Shown here: piece after piece, positions 11,960-27,561 of the stretch
Layout: each line of letters starts with the position of its first letter
Position numbering within the stretch: position 1 is the stretch's first letter
Source: Eledone cirrhosa
Lineage: Eukaryota
DNA length: 64,000 nucleotides
Reading direction: 5' to 3'
NCBI GenBank assembly: GCA_964016885.1
Contig: OZ024757.1
Coordinates: 28,644,001 to 28,708,000, forward strand
Made by a program: the position numbers and the translations under genes
The notes under the pieces: model-generated
What the model saw: only the letters and a program-made list of their open reading frames with translations
The model's database searches: none
Told to the model about the DNA's origin: nothing

Positions 11960-12310
11960 AATGTAGGTTTAGCTGGTCTCCTACAAGGTTACATTTCAAA
12001 GAAGGTTTCTTAATAATAAGTTGCCTCAGTTCTATTATGTCGTTACAATTTACATCCATGCAGGTTTAAATGACCTCATACAAGGTGGCATCCCATCGGA
12101 GGTTTCTTGGGTGTTTTAATGATATAAGCGCCAAGCTTATCCTGTTGTTACAGCTCACACCTATGCAGGTTTTGCTAGCCTCTTACGAGGGTGCATCTCA
12201 TAGGAGGTTTCTTGGGTGTTTTAATGATAGGGGCACCAATCTTATCATGTCATTACATCACATACTTATGCAAGTTTAGCTGACTTCCTATGAAATTATA
12301 TCTCATGTGA
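11960..12310. repeat. Diverged 105-bp tandem repeat, about 3.4 units
   Basis: ATG(C/T)A(G/A)GTT recurs at 11961, 12058, 12163 and 12268; GGAGGTTTCTTGGGTGTTTTAATGATA is identical in two units. Confidence 0.75.
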
Positions 12311-12469
12311 AGCGTTACTTGGTATTTGGCCTGTCCATCCAGTCCCACACTGTAAATGTGGTTGATGTTAGGAAGGGCATCCAGCTGTAAAATACCCAAC
12401 TAAATTTACAGTCCTCGCCGGAACAAGGTGCGACATGGCCAGTCTTGCCTCCCATCTAACCCATGCCAC

Positions 12470-12960
12470 AGCTTGAGATCGGTGTGGAAATTGGACCTTC
12501 GTAAAGACCTGAAAATCCGCCTCCTCATTGCTGTAGTGGAGTCTGTGCTGCTGTACGGGTCTGAGACTTGGACACTGACCAAGAAACTCACTCAGATGGT
12601 GGATGGGTGCTACACGAGAATGCTGAGGAAGGCTCTGAACACTGAGGATGAAAAAATCAGAGCTGTATGGGAGCCTCCCAAAAGTCAGCTCAAAAGTGAC
12701 ACAGAGGAGACTGAGGTTAGTTGGACATGCTCACCGACATCCAAAGTTGACATTGCACTCAGTGTTCCTGTGGGAGCCCCTACATGGACACACTGGAAGA
12801 GGAAGACCAAGGTTAACGTATGTTGATGCCCTAAGGACAGACATTGGTCTGTTGGAGACGCAGGACATGGCAGCGATAATGAGGGACAGAGTCCGCTGGA
12901 GGGAACTCGTCCATGGATCTCGGGAATTTTACCCGTCCTAGATAGATAGATAGATAGAAA
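12470..12960 (+). pseudogene. RTE/RTEX-clade LINE, 3' fragment of the ORF with a (TAGA)n tail
   Basis: LKIRLLIAVVESVLLYGSETWTLTK..VDGCYTRMLR, then after a frameshift RRLRLVGHAHRH...GRGRPRLTY; typical post-RT C-terminus of RTE-like elements. Confidence 0.85.
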
Positions 12961-13117
12961 CAAGATAATATGAGCAACACAAGACCAACAACAGGAAAAA
13001 TAACTACAAAAACTAAGTCTATAACTACATATGAAAACGAAAATAGACACACTTTGCTCCAGCTTCCATATATTTCTACATTGTCACATCTCCCTCTCTT
13101 TCTCTCTCTCCTCTTTA

Positions 13118-13134
13118 TACACATGCACAAATAT

Positions 13135-13181
<47 letters not shown>

Positions 13182-13340
13182 TTTTTATATGCACATATAT
13201 ATATATATATACACACACACATATATATATACACACATATATATATATATACACACACACATACATACATTTACATATATATATAAATATATATACAAAC
13301 ACGCATTTTTATATGCACACATATATATATATATACACTC

Positions 13341-13371
<31 letters not shown>

Positions 13372-13552
13372 TATATATATATATACACACACACACATAT
13401 ATATATATATATACACGCACACATTTATATATGCACACATATATATATATATACACATATATATATATATACACATACACACACACACACATATATATAT
13501 ACACACACACACACATATATATATACACACACATATATATATATACACATAC
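13118..13552. repeat. Compound (CA)n/(TA)n microsatellite
   Basis: Direct reading. Confidence 0.95.
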
Positions 13553-13982
13553 AAAGATATAATGAATATTAGGCTGGTGACATTGATAGTATAGGTGGTG
13601 GTGGTGAAGATGATGGTGTGTTTTGGTGTCTATTGTTTTGAAGGTAATTGCAAAATCATTTCCCTACCACACAACACACCACCACGCCAAACCCCACCAC
13701 ATCACACCATTATACACTACACCACACAACTCTATACCTTATCTTAATTATGGATCGAATCCTTTGAGATATCTGGATTAATGGGGTAAAATAGGAAAGC
13801 AATTTGAAAAAGTACAACCATATATATATACAGATATGCATATATTTGTTTATATATATATACATACACATATGCATAAATTTATTTAGATATATATACA
13901 CACACATATGCATATATTTCTTTATATATATACACACATATGCATATATTTTTTATACATAGATATATATATGCATACATAT

Positions 13983-14059
<77 letters not shown>

Positions 14060-14283
14060 AAAACATAAAAAGCTACAAAGAGGATATTCTAGTTAAATAC
14101 AGCTCAACTTGACAAATAAATGTGTGTGTATGGGTGTGAGTGAGTGCCTGTCCCCATACTACCCTATTCCACCCTTATATCACTAATCACCTACCTTAGA
14201 AAAAAAACAAACAACAGATTTCTGAAAGAAATAGAATGTATAAGTGTAATAATAAAAAAGTTGTATTTATATATTTGTATATA

Positions 14284-14565
14284 TCATCATCATCATCATC
14301 ATCATCGTCGTTTAACGTCCATATTCCACGCTTGCATGGGTTTGTATGGGAGTTTTCCCACTTGAGGCAAGAGTGGTTGTCTTGCTCGCATAGGACTGTC
14401 TGGTGGGTTTTCTACGGCTGGATGCCCTTCCTAACACCAACCACATTTACAGTGGGGAACTGGGAGGTTTTTACCGTGTTACCTACACGGCCACATTACA
14501 GCATGGACTGTCTGTTTCTTTGTCATGACACCTACACGACCTCATTTGTTTCGGCCTGGATGTTG
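14284..14565 (-). mobile_element. Headless SINE 3' part with RTE-type tail
   Basis: Reverse complement of ...TTGGTGTTAGGAAGGGCATCCAGCCGTAGAAA...CCCATGCAAGCGTGG...(TGA)n; close inverted homologue at 45425-45695. Confidence 0.75.
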
Positions 14566-14616
14566 TGGTACCAACATAACTTTACATTGAAAGGGGTGGT
14601 GTGGATGCGGTGGGGG

Positions 14617-16820
<2,204 letters not shown>

Positions 16821-17094
16821 CAGCAAATGTGAGGGGAAGAGATTTGTAAGAAGTCAACGCCCTCATCCCCACCCCTACATGTGAAAATAAATAAATAAAA
16901 ATATTAAAAAAATTTTTATAAAAATAACATCTGATTGAAGATGTGGAAATGGTGTGACTGCATGAGGGTGAAAATAAAATAATGACGATTTCTAGCATTG
17001 GCACGAGGGCAGCAATTTGTAAGGAAGGGATAGTTTATTATTTTAGCCCCAGCACATTACTGGTATTTCCTATTTAGAGATCACCACTCCACTA

Positions 17095-17320
17095 TTGGCA
17101 TGTGGTTAGAATCGTTGGACAGATTTTATGGGCAAACAACCGGCAAGAGACACAGGGGTAGACCTCGAGCAAGATGGTTGGATTACATCCATAAGCTTGG
17201 CTGGTCATGCTTGGGGATCCAGCCGGATCAGTTGGAGACGGTTGCTTCTGACAGGACCGCTGGAGGGAGTGTTTGAGGACTTTGCTCCCACGACCCTCTC
17301 AGGAATAAGTGGGCGAAGAA
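17095..17320 (+). mobile_element. Degenerate RTE-like LINE 3' end
   Basis: Conceptual translation GKRHRGRPRARWLDYIHK resembles the RTE C-terminal G.R.RGRP..RW motif. Confidence 0.5.
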
Positions 17321-17584
17321 GAGGTGAGAGAATTCTGGCCAGATATGGCTGGTTTAAATGCTAAAGGGTTAATCATAATTGTTTCTACTTTTGGCACAAG
17401 GCCAGCAATATGAAAGGAATAGGAAAAATTTATTAAATTATCCCAAGTCTGTCATCATATATAATATGATGTGTAGGTGTTGGTGCTATATTTATGTCTC
17501 ATAACTTACTGCTTCAACAGAAAGACAAAAGCAGATTGCTAAAATAAGTACCAGACTTTGAAAAACATAAGTACTAGGGTTGAT

Positions 17585-17807
17585 ATCATCATCATCATTC
17601 GTCATCATTTTACATCCACTTTTCCCTGCTTGCAAGGGTGGGACGGGAACTGATTCTGGCTTGATTTCTACAGCTGGATGCCCTTCCTAACACCAACCTC
17701 ATTTACAGTGAGTGCTCAAGGAAACAACACATCACCCGGTCTGAGAATTGAACTCACAACCTTTCGATTGCAAGCCCAATGCTCTAACCACTAAGCCATG
17801 TGCCTCC
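17585..17807 (-). mobile_element. Family B SINE, internally deleted variant lacking most of the CORE domain
   Basis: Head joined directly to tail at CCTTGAGCA|CTCACTGTAAATG; the same junction occurs in the 62661 copy. Confidence 0.85.
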
Positions 17808-18838
17808 ATATATATATATATACACACATATATACACATGCTCAAGGAAACAAGACACTTTATTTCACATTGCTCCAGTTTACTCATGATTGACTAAATC
17901 AAAGCTGTGCCCCAGCACAATAAAAGGCTAAAAAATGAAATATTTATTTAAAAGGTCCCACCACCACCAACAACACACAGATAACAAGTTATGTGATATA
18001 CACAGGCATACATGTATAGAAACAGACACACACATGCATACACATGCATATACACAAATCACAAAAAATATTTTGCAAATGAAATTATATAACAAAAAAA
18101 ATCATAAGTGTGAGAGAACAACAACAGTAACAACAATAACAACAGTAACAACAATAACAACAGTAACAATAGCAATAACAATAGCGATAATAAAGCAATA
18201 ACAACAACAGTAACAACAAAAACAATAACAACAAAACAGGAACAACAGTAATTATAACAACAGTAACAACAACAAAACAATAACAACAGTAAGAACAACA
18301 TAGGACATTATAGTAACACATTCTCTAGTTCTTTCTTTTGTTTGTTTCTTCCAAATGGACATTGCTAGTATTTTAACAACAACAAAAACCACAACAACAA
18401 CATGGGTTATTATGGTGAGAAGGTTTGCAGTTTTTTCCCCCTTTTTTTTGTCAAGAGAGTCTGGTGTTTTAAATGCTGTGAGGGGGGATGGAAACACAGC
18501 CCTGCTGTCTTCTTAACCCTTTCTAATCTGTAGTGAAGCAAGCATAGGATTATCAATGGGGAACATTGATGACAAACTCTTCTTCATTAGAACATCAGCC
18601 ACGACTGTGTTGTGCGTAAACACCCACAACACATACATATATGTGTATATATATATATATATATATGAGCATGTGTGTACAACACATACATATATGTGTA
18701 TATATATATATGAGCATGTGTGTACAACACATACATACATACATACATATATATATATATATATGCATATATATATGCATATTTTTTAAATCTAATCTTC
18801 CTTTATTTTCTCACTGATCTCCAAATATTGTCTGTGTA

Positions 18839-18870
<32 letters not shown>

Positions 18871-21046
18871 GGCCTCCTATTGTCGTTTTATAAATATATA
18901 TATTATAGATATACGCACACACACACACATATATATATATATATGTATGTATGTGTATATATACACACACATATATATATAGATAGATAAACACATACAT
19001 TCCTATCTGGCTCTCTGTTTATCTACCTACCTACCTATCTGTCTAACTATCTATCCAGCAATTCTCATGGCCCCCGCCACCTCACCCAACCCCGTTCGTA
19101 ATCCAGTCAAATAAAAAAGGATTATAATTGTGGACATTCAGAACTCTTTTACATTAGAAGTTCAAGAAGGTCCTGCAAACTTTTTTTTTCCCTTATCCGT
19201 CATTTCCTCCCCACTGAAGCTCTTCTCTCCTCTCTTACTCCACCTCTCTATCTTTCTATCTCTTCTCCTCGCTCTTTCAAATATTCCCTCTCCCTTTGTT
19301 ACATTTTTTTCTTTTACGTTCTCTCTCGTTTCTCGTTTCTCTGACTACTTTTTTTTAAAAAACTACTTTTTATGTAATCCTTTACATTTTTATTCTTATT
19401 CTAAATATATTTATTTAGTCCCTGGGTTTTGTCTTTCTCTGTTTCTATCTTCTCCTCCCATCACTTTCTCACCACTTCCTCTCTCTTTCCTAATCTCTCA
19501 GTTTCTTAAAACTTTTGTCCACCTTTTTTTATTTCTATCAGTATTTCTTATATCATTAACTACCTCAGATAAAGAAAGGGAGAGAGTGCATTGCTATCTA
19601 TCTACCTATATATACATCTAGTTATCTACCAATATATATAAAGTTATCTATCTATCTACCTATATATATGTCTAGTTATCTACCAATATATACAAAGTTA
19701 TCTATCTACCTATATATATGTCTAGTTATCTATCAATATATACATGGTTATCAACATAAAATGCACACAGGTACATGAGACAATCAGAACTGCATCTTTT
19801 CCTCATAACCCACCTTGCTGGCATGCAGTTTTGTGCATTAATATCTATTGCACTTGTGATGCCAGATTGCACAACAGATTGAAGAACTGCTCTGTTGGTA
19901 AGAGGCATATACTTATCTACCTGCCTACCCTCCTACCACTATTCTTTTGACCACAAATATACTAACTTATCTATTAATCCATCTCTTACACCATTCTCTC
20001 TCTTTATATATATATATATATGCATGGGTTTGATGGGTTTTTAAATTCTGAGGCTAGACCAATCAGGTGGCCAAGTCTTGCTCATATGTTCTGTTTTTGC
20101 TTGATTTTTATGGCTGGATGCTCTTCCTAACTCCAACCACTTTACAATGTGTACTGGGAACATTTCATCATGCCTCCAGCACCACCATCTTATATATTAT
20201 AGTTGCAAAGCTATACTAGTTCTGTACTTAAGCACCCACTTCAAATTCCAGGAAAATCTTTGCCCTGGAGTGTCACTGGTTTATCTTTGTGACTATAATA
20301 AATTATACACCACTTTACTAATATAATGAATTTTGTTTCTCCAGTTTGTATAGACTAGTCGATCTACACACCAACTATCTATCTGTCTGTCTATCTATCT
20401 ATCTATCTATCTACCAACCTATCTATCTATCTGTCTGTCTGTCTATCTATCTGTCTATCTATCTATATGTCTGTCTATCTACCAACCTATCTACCAACCT
20501 ATCTATCTATCTGTCTGTCTATCTATCTATCTATCCATCTATTTACCTTCCTACTCATCTATCTATCTACCCACCCACCTATCTATCTATATGTCTCACA
20601 CTGCCTATATATCTCTCAATCTGTTCAGTTTCTCTCTGATAACACGAACAGCATCCACCTGACCCCATGTCACCTGTAATTCAATTAGAAAAATTGACAA
20701 TACTGATAACAATAACAACAAAAATAATAATTATCATTATTATTGTTGTTTTATTATTGTTTTCCGCAAGGGTGACATGGTAAGTGTTGGTGGTGCAAAT
20801 GGTTTTGATTCAATTAAGAAAACTAGTGAGGGGGGGGTGGTGGTGATGGTGGAAAGGATTACAAGGATTAAGGTGGTGGTGGTGGTGGTGGTGGTGGTGT
20901 TGGGGGGGGGGGAGGAAAAGATAAATAGAGAAATAGTGAGTGGACTGGTAGGTGGGGTAGCAGAATATGTGGGAGAACGCAGAAGGAAACAGAAAGAAAA
21001 TATGTAGGGGAATGGCTTACATAGCTTACACAGAAACATAGATAAA

Positions 21047-21612
21047 TTTCTTTATTAGCCACAAGGGCACAAAAGAAGGGGAGAAGTACAAATGGGGAGT
21101 TTACATACAGGTATATGAAAATAAAACTATTAATAAAATAACAAATAACAATTGAAATCCCCAATAGGAGGGAGGCGTTACACATGGGTTGTACACACCC
21201 CGAAAAAATGTACAACCCTCATCTCCAGGAGCACCAAGAGTGAGTACTCCCTTCCTCTCTTTCCTCAACCTACAGGCTTATATAGAGAGTAGGCCCAACC
21301 ACTCGGGCCATCTTTACCACATTCACCCACCTTTTATAAAATTTGCTGGGGTACAGCACCTCTCTCTCCATCCTCATTCTTCTTCCAAAATGATATTTGA
21401 AAAAAACAAATCAGTTGCTCACCGGAGAGAAAGGTGTCTGACCTCAGCCCTTTTAACTTCGTCCACCATATAACCTCTTTCACCATAGCTATAACACATA
21501 GGAAAACCGCCTCTCCCTCGTTTTTGAAAGAGGGTGGCGGTTTGATCATGACAATGGACTCGGTGGTCAACTGGATTGGTCCCACCTGCTACATAGCCCC
21601 ACAGGTCGGTAA
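21047..21612 (-). mobile_element. 5'-truncated L1/Tx1-clade LINE (ORF2 C-terminus and 3' UTR)
   Basis: Homologous to 56328-56900 (AVFLCVIAMVKEVIWWT); ends GCCCTTGTGGCTAATAAAGAAA; AACATAGA on both sides is a possible target-site duplication. Confidence 0.85.
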
Positions 21613-22330
21613 CATAGACAGATAGATAGATAGACAGACAGACAGATAGATATTTTTGATAGATAGACAGGCAGATAGAGAGATGGATGGAGTGATGGAT
21701 AGATATATAGATGCATACATACATACATACATTTGGGGCACTGGGATATGTTAGAAACTGCCCCTGTACAAATTTTGAGAACCTGGGCTTCAAGGAAACA
21801 GGAAGAACATAACTAGTTAGGAAATTACAAGTACAGTCCACTAATGGAACAGTAAAAATATGTAAAACATAGTATACAAATTGAACGGAGAGTGTGAGAG
21901 AGAGATGGAGAAAGAGATGAGAAAAGAGGGGGCTTAAAGGGAGAGAGAGGGGAAGAGGAGGCGAGGAGAAAAATGTGACTTTATATATATATACACACAC
22001 ATCTATGTGCACTTAAGTACACTCATATATGTCCGTGTATAAATTACCCATAAAATTTATTACACTTATTTATAATCATAAAATAAGTCATAAGTCAAAA
22101 ACTACAAACAAATCACAAAAATTTAATTTAGAAATATAAAAGATGGAAATTGAACCTAGGACCTCTCAATAACCAGGTAAATACTTTGATAATTACCAAA
22201 CATTTAATCTTTTTGATATCAAGCAGCCTGTAATCAGTCCTGGTTATATGTCTGATACAAAACTGTCTCTAAAGTGTTAATATTTATCTAAAATCCTTCT
22301 ATTATAATTTTATGTAAGAACATTTGTTAA

Positions 22331-22504
22331 CCCTTTATCATTTACATTACTCTATATTTAGGCTTTACCTAACATAAAATCGAATCTATGAGATTTTGAT
22401 ATTTATTTTCAGAACAATAACTTAACATCAGTATGAGTGGCCAATTACAGCTGGTTTGAACAGAAGGAGATGAGAGAATTCTGGCCAGTTTAAATGCTAA
22501 AGGG
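22331..22504. mobile_element. piggyBac-like MITE with TTAA duplication and an adjacent paralogous empty site
   Basis: TTAA-CCCTTTATCATTTA...TAAATGCTAAAGGG-TTAA; the flanks recur uninterrupted at about 22610-22680. Confidence 0.85.
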
Positions 22505-23403
22505 TTAAGTTATGTTTCAAATAAGAACATTTGTTATTTTACTAAATTCTTCCAAATTATTTGAAAATCATAGGCAATGTCTTTCATTTAACACAAAGAT
22601 TGGGTGGTTAAAGTGTTTATATTTATCTAAAAACATTCCATCATAATTTTACATAAGAACCTTTGTTAAGTTATGCTTCACACACCAGATTAATAATGAG
22701 AAATCTAGATCTCTTACTAAATTCATCATAAATTCTTTCATTATTTTCAAAATTTTCTGAAAATTATAAGCAGTGATATTTATTAAAAATATAGTAAAGA
22801 ATGAGTTAAATTCTATTCCCAACAGTAAAAGAAAATCTTGATAATTTTGATTAGCTGATGGTTAGATTATCAAAGATTTTGATTGGCTGAATCCTGTACA
22901 ATTTACTAAAGCATCTCAGCCAATGAGGTTTCAAATATGTGTATGTTTTAGAGCCTGCAGTAGTACAGTCAGCCTTCTCCTGCATTGAGTTAGAGCATAT
23001 AAGGCTTGCTTCTGAATGATTAGATGTGTGTGTGTGCTTGTAAGCTCAGACGTGTGTGTGTTTGTTGATGCATAAGTTCAGTGAATACCAACTGAGTGAG
23101 TGTGATGATATATATATATATCATCATTTTGCGTCTGCTTTTCTCTGTTTATACATATACACACACACATATATACATATATGTATGTATATACATATAC
23201 ATATATATAGATACACAACCATACATATAATCATTGATAAGTCATAGATATGTTTACATGTGTTCAGGAAAAGAATGGACACACCAGAAGTTACGTAGAT
23301 GTTTACTGAACACACAGACCTGAATGTGGAAATTTCTAGTTATGTATATGTATGTGTATGTATATGTGTACCAGTGTCAGTGTATATTATGTATGTATTT
23401 ATA

Positions 23404-23483
23404 CAGGGTGACCCCAACATATATATATACACACTTCAACAGCATTCTAATAACAGTGTGTATACATTTTGCAGGACACTCTG
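23404..23483. mobile_element. Diverged Tc1/mariner-type mini-MITE
   Basis: TA-CAGGGTGACCCC...GGACACTCTG-TA; internal sequence like the 4978 and 8504 copies. Confidence 0.65.
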
Positions 23484-23547
23484 TATATACAAACATACAC
23501 AGATATATTAATGACACTATAATATTTATACTCTCCTATATCTATAT

Positions 23548-23775
23548 GTGAATGTTTGTGTGTATATATATATTATATTTGAATGTTTGTGTGTATATAT
23601 ATATTATATTTGAATGTTTGTGTGTATATATATATTATATATGAATGTTTGTGTGTATATATATATTATATATGAATGTTTGTGTGTATATATATATTAT
23701 ATTTGAATTTTTGTGTGTATATATATATTATATTTGAATGTTTGTGTGTATATATATATATTATATATGAACGTG
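23548..23775. repeat. Minisatellite, unit about 32 bp (TGAATGTTTGTGTGTATATATATATTATATT)
   Basis: About 7 tandem units. Confidence 0.85.
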
Positions 23776-24135
23776 TGTGTGTATTATCTACATTTATATA
23801 TACGAATGTGTGTATGTATGTATATATATATGAATGCACATGCGTGTGAGTGTATATATATTATCAACATTTATATATGTGTATATAAATGTTTGTGTTT
23901 GTATATATATATATGATCTAAATTTACATATCTATATATGAATGTGTGTGAGTATTATCTATATTTGTGTATCTATATATGAATGTGTGTATATACATAT
24001 TTATATATGTTTGTGTATGTATGTGTGCGTGCGAGTGTATGTATATATATATATATACATACATATATATATATATATACGTATATATATACATATATAC
24101 ATATATTCACATTATGCATATATATACATATACAT

Positions 24136-24400
24136 TGAGAGAGAGACTGAGCAGAAGAGGAATCAAATGCTGTGTGCAGGAGAGGTGGTTGCGTTGGTAT
24201 GGACATGTGATGCATATGAAGGACGACAGCTGCATAAAAAGGTGCAGAGCACTAGAAGCCGATGGAAACCGCGGAGTGGGGAGACCCAAGAAGACCTGGG
24301 ATGAGGTGATAAAAGCCGACCTTACCCAATTACACCTCTCTGGCGTCATGCAGTAATACAGAGTACCCAACCTCCCATGGGTACAAGCTGAAGCATATAG
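24136..24400 (+). mobile_element. RTE-clade LINE 3' fragment
   Basis: [26 protein letters not shown]...[19 protein letters not shown]; paralogous to 61440-61630. Confidence 0.8.
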
Positions 24401-24419
24401 ACAATATGCCCCCACATCC

Positions 24420-24701
24420 TCCCACTGCAAAGTGGTCGTGGAGGCGCCACGGCAAAAAAGCACCCAGCCCACACTGTAAAGTGGACGTGTAGGCGCCAAG
24501 GAAAAAAAGCACCCAGCGCTCACTGTAAATGAGGTTGGTGTTAGGAAGGGCATCCAGCTGTAGAAATCAAGCCAAAATCAGTTCCTGTATGAGCAACGCA
24601 TGGTCTGCCGACCAGACACTGCCCACAACAGGACAACCCTTCTAACCCATGCTAGCATGGAAGAACGGACATAAAACGGTGATGATGATGATGATGATGA
24701 T
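24420..24701 (+). mobile_element. Headless family B-like SINE 3' part with an internal duplication
   Basis: CCACTGCAAAGTGGTCGTGGAGG...GCACCCAGC occurs twice, then AGGAAGGGCATCCAGC...CCCATGCTAGCATGG...(TGA)n. Confidence 0.75.
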
Positions 24702-25039
24702 ATATATACTTATATATATTTACACATATATATATACATATATACATATACATATGGTGGCTGCCAACTCGTTTTCGAGTACGGCCACTACTTTATATCC
24801 ATGTAGGAGAACCCCTACCGATACGCTGAACGAGTGTGACTTTTTAGTCCAGCCAGCGACTTGAAAACTCTGGTACAAACACTACACTTGTGACAATTAT
24901 TGACACATAGTGCTGGGCCCATGGTACCATGTGACGACAAGTGCAGAGAGATCTCCAGATATAAAGCAATGCCTGTGCCGTGAAGCTTTTATAGTGAGCA
25001 AAGGCACTGCACAAAGCCAGTCCCACTCTCTTAACAAAG

Positions 25040-25340
25040 ATGATATTTATCATTGGATATCATCAGGGTTGCAGGTGTTATATCAGAGTTTTCCTTCTCC
25101 TAGAATTCTGCCTTGACAAAGGCTAAGGAGTCATCTCTCCCGGTGGTTTTGGATGGCCATTGACTCTTAAGAGCTCCTTTGTCCTTTGACAGGTTTTGTT
25201 TTTAGTCCTGCAGGATGTCCAGTCACCCTCCTCACCGAGAAACCTTGGTGGGGTTGCCAGTTTAGTCGCCAACGACCCGACCATGAGACAGGTTGTACTG
25301 GGATACATGTTACCAGTAGCACCAACTGGTGACCTGACAT
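25040..25340 (-). mobile_element. Probable RTE-like LINE 5' UTR remnant
   Basis: Minus strand contains TTAGCCTT...CTAGGAGAAGGAAAACTCTGA and GTCG..GGCGACTAAA, motifs recalled from RTE/Bov-B 5' regions; not verified by a search. Confidence 0.4.
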
Positions 25341-25778
25341 AAACATATATATATACATATACATATATATATATACATATATATACATATACATATATAT
25401 ATATACACATATATATATACACATATATATATACATATTTACATATATATATATATACATATATATATACACACATTTACATATATATATATATATACAT
25501 ATATATATACACACATTTACATATATATATATATACATATATATATACACATTTATATATATATATACATATACGTAGATATATACATATATATACATAT
25601 ATATATATATACATATATATATACACATTTACATATATATATACATATACGTATATATATACATATATATATACACATTTACATATATATATACATATAC
25701 GTATATATATACATATATATATACACATTTACATATATATATATACATATACGCATATATATACATATATATATATAA

Positions 25779-25829
<51 letters not shown>

Positions 25830-26224
25830 TACACATAATTTAACGTCCATTTTCCCTGCTAGCAAGTGTTGGACATAGTATATGTATGTGTACATACATA
25901 TACATAGATAACTTTAAGATGTGATTAGAAATATAATGAACAATCTATGCCTGTGTTGTCAGCAGCAATGTGTGTTAGATGTCATCATCATCATCACATA
26001 TTTCCATTCTATTTGTTTGTGTGTGTATATATATACATACATACATGTTATCCCACTCTCTCTCACTCTATATATATATATAAATGTGTGTATATATATA
26101 TATGTATATATATATATAATATATATATATATGCATATATATATACATATAATATATATGCATATATATACATATAATATATATATGTATATATATACAT
26201 ATAATATATATATGCGTATATATA

Positions 26225-26283
<59 letters not shown>

Positions 26284-26532
26284 GTGTATATATATATACA
26301 TATATCTATGTATATATATATATACATATATACACACATTTATGTATATATATACACATGTATATATATATAAATGTGTATATATATATATATATAAATG
26401 TGTATATATATATATATGTGTGTGTATATCATCATCATCATCATCATTTAACGTCCATCTTCCACGCTTGCATGGGTTTAGACGGGAGGTTTCCCACTTG
26501 ATGCAAGATTTGTTGTCCTGCTCGTATAGGAC

Positions 26533-26615
<83 letters not shown>

Positions 26616-26722
26616 ATATATACTTTGTTGGGTGCTTCTAATCTATTGTAAAACTATATTCATTGATTAATCAATGAACCTTGTTTAACCTTTGGTTATA
26701 TATATACATATATATATACACA

Positions 26723-26754
<32 letters not shown>

Positions 26755-26831
26755 CATATATATTTATATACATATATATATATTTATATATATATATACA
26801 TATATATATATTAATATGTATTTATACATAC

Positions 26832-27240
<409 letters not shown>

Positions 27241-27503
27241 TATGTATAAGTGTTGCAATGGCTTTGTGAAGAAAGGAGACATTGACAGCACACACAAGTT
27301 CTGACCTCACCTCAGGCTGGCTGGTGTGTGTAGAATTGTGGTGTAGGTGTATGGTGGTACCGGTGGTTGAGTTGGTAGCGGTGTTCGTTTGAAGATGATG
27401 ATGATGATGACAACAATGTCAGTGACATTGACTCTGAGGGCAGTGGTAATGGTGGTGGTGAAGTCAACAGTTATATGTATGTATATATATATTCATATTT
27501 AAA

Positions 27504-27561
<58 letters not shown>

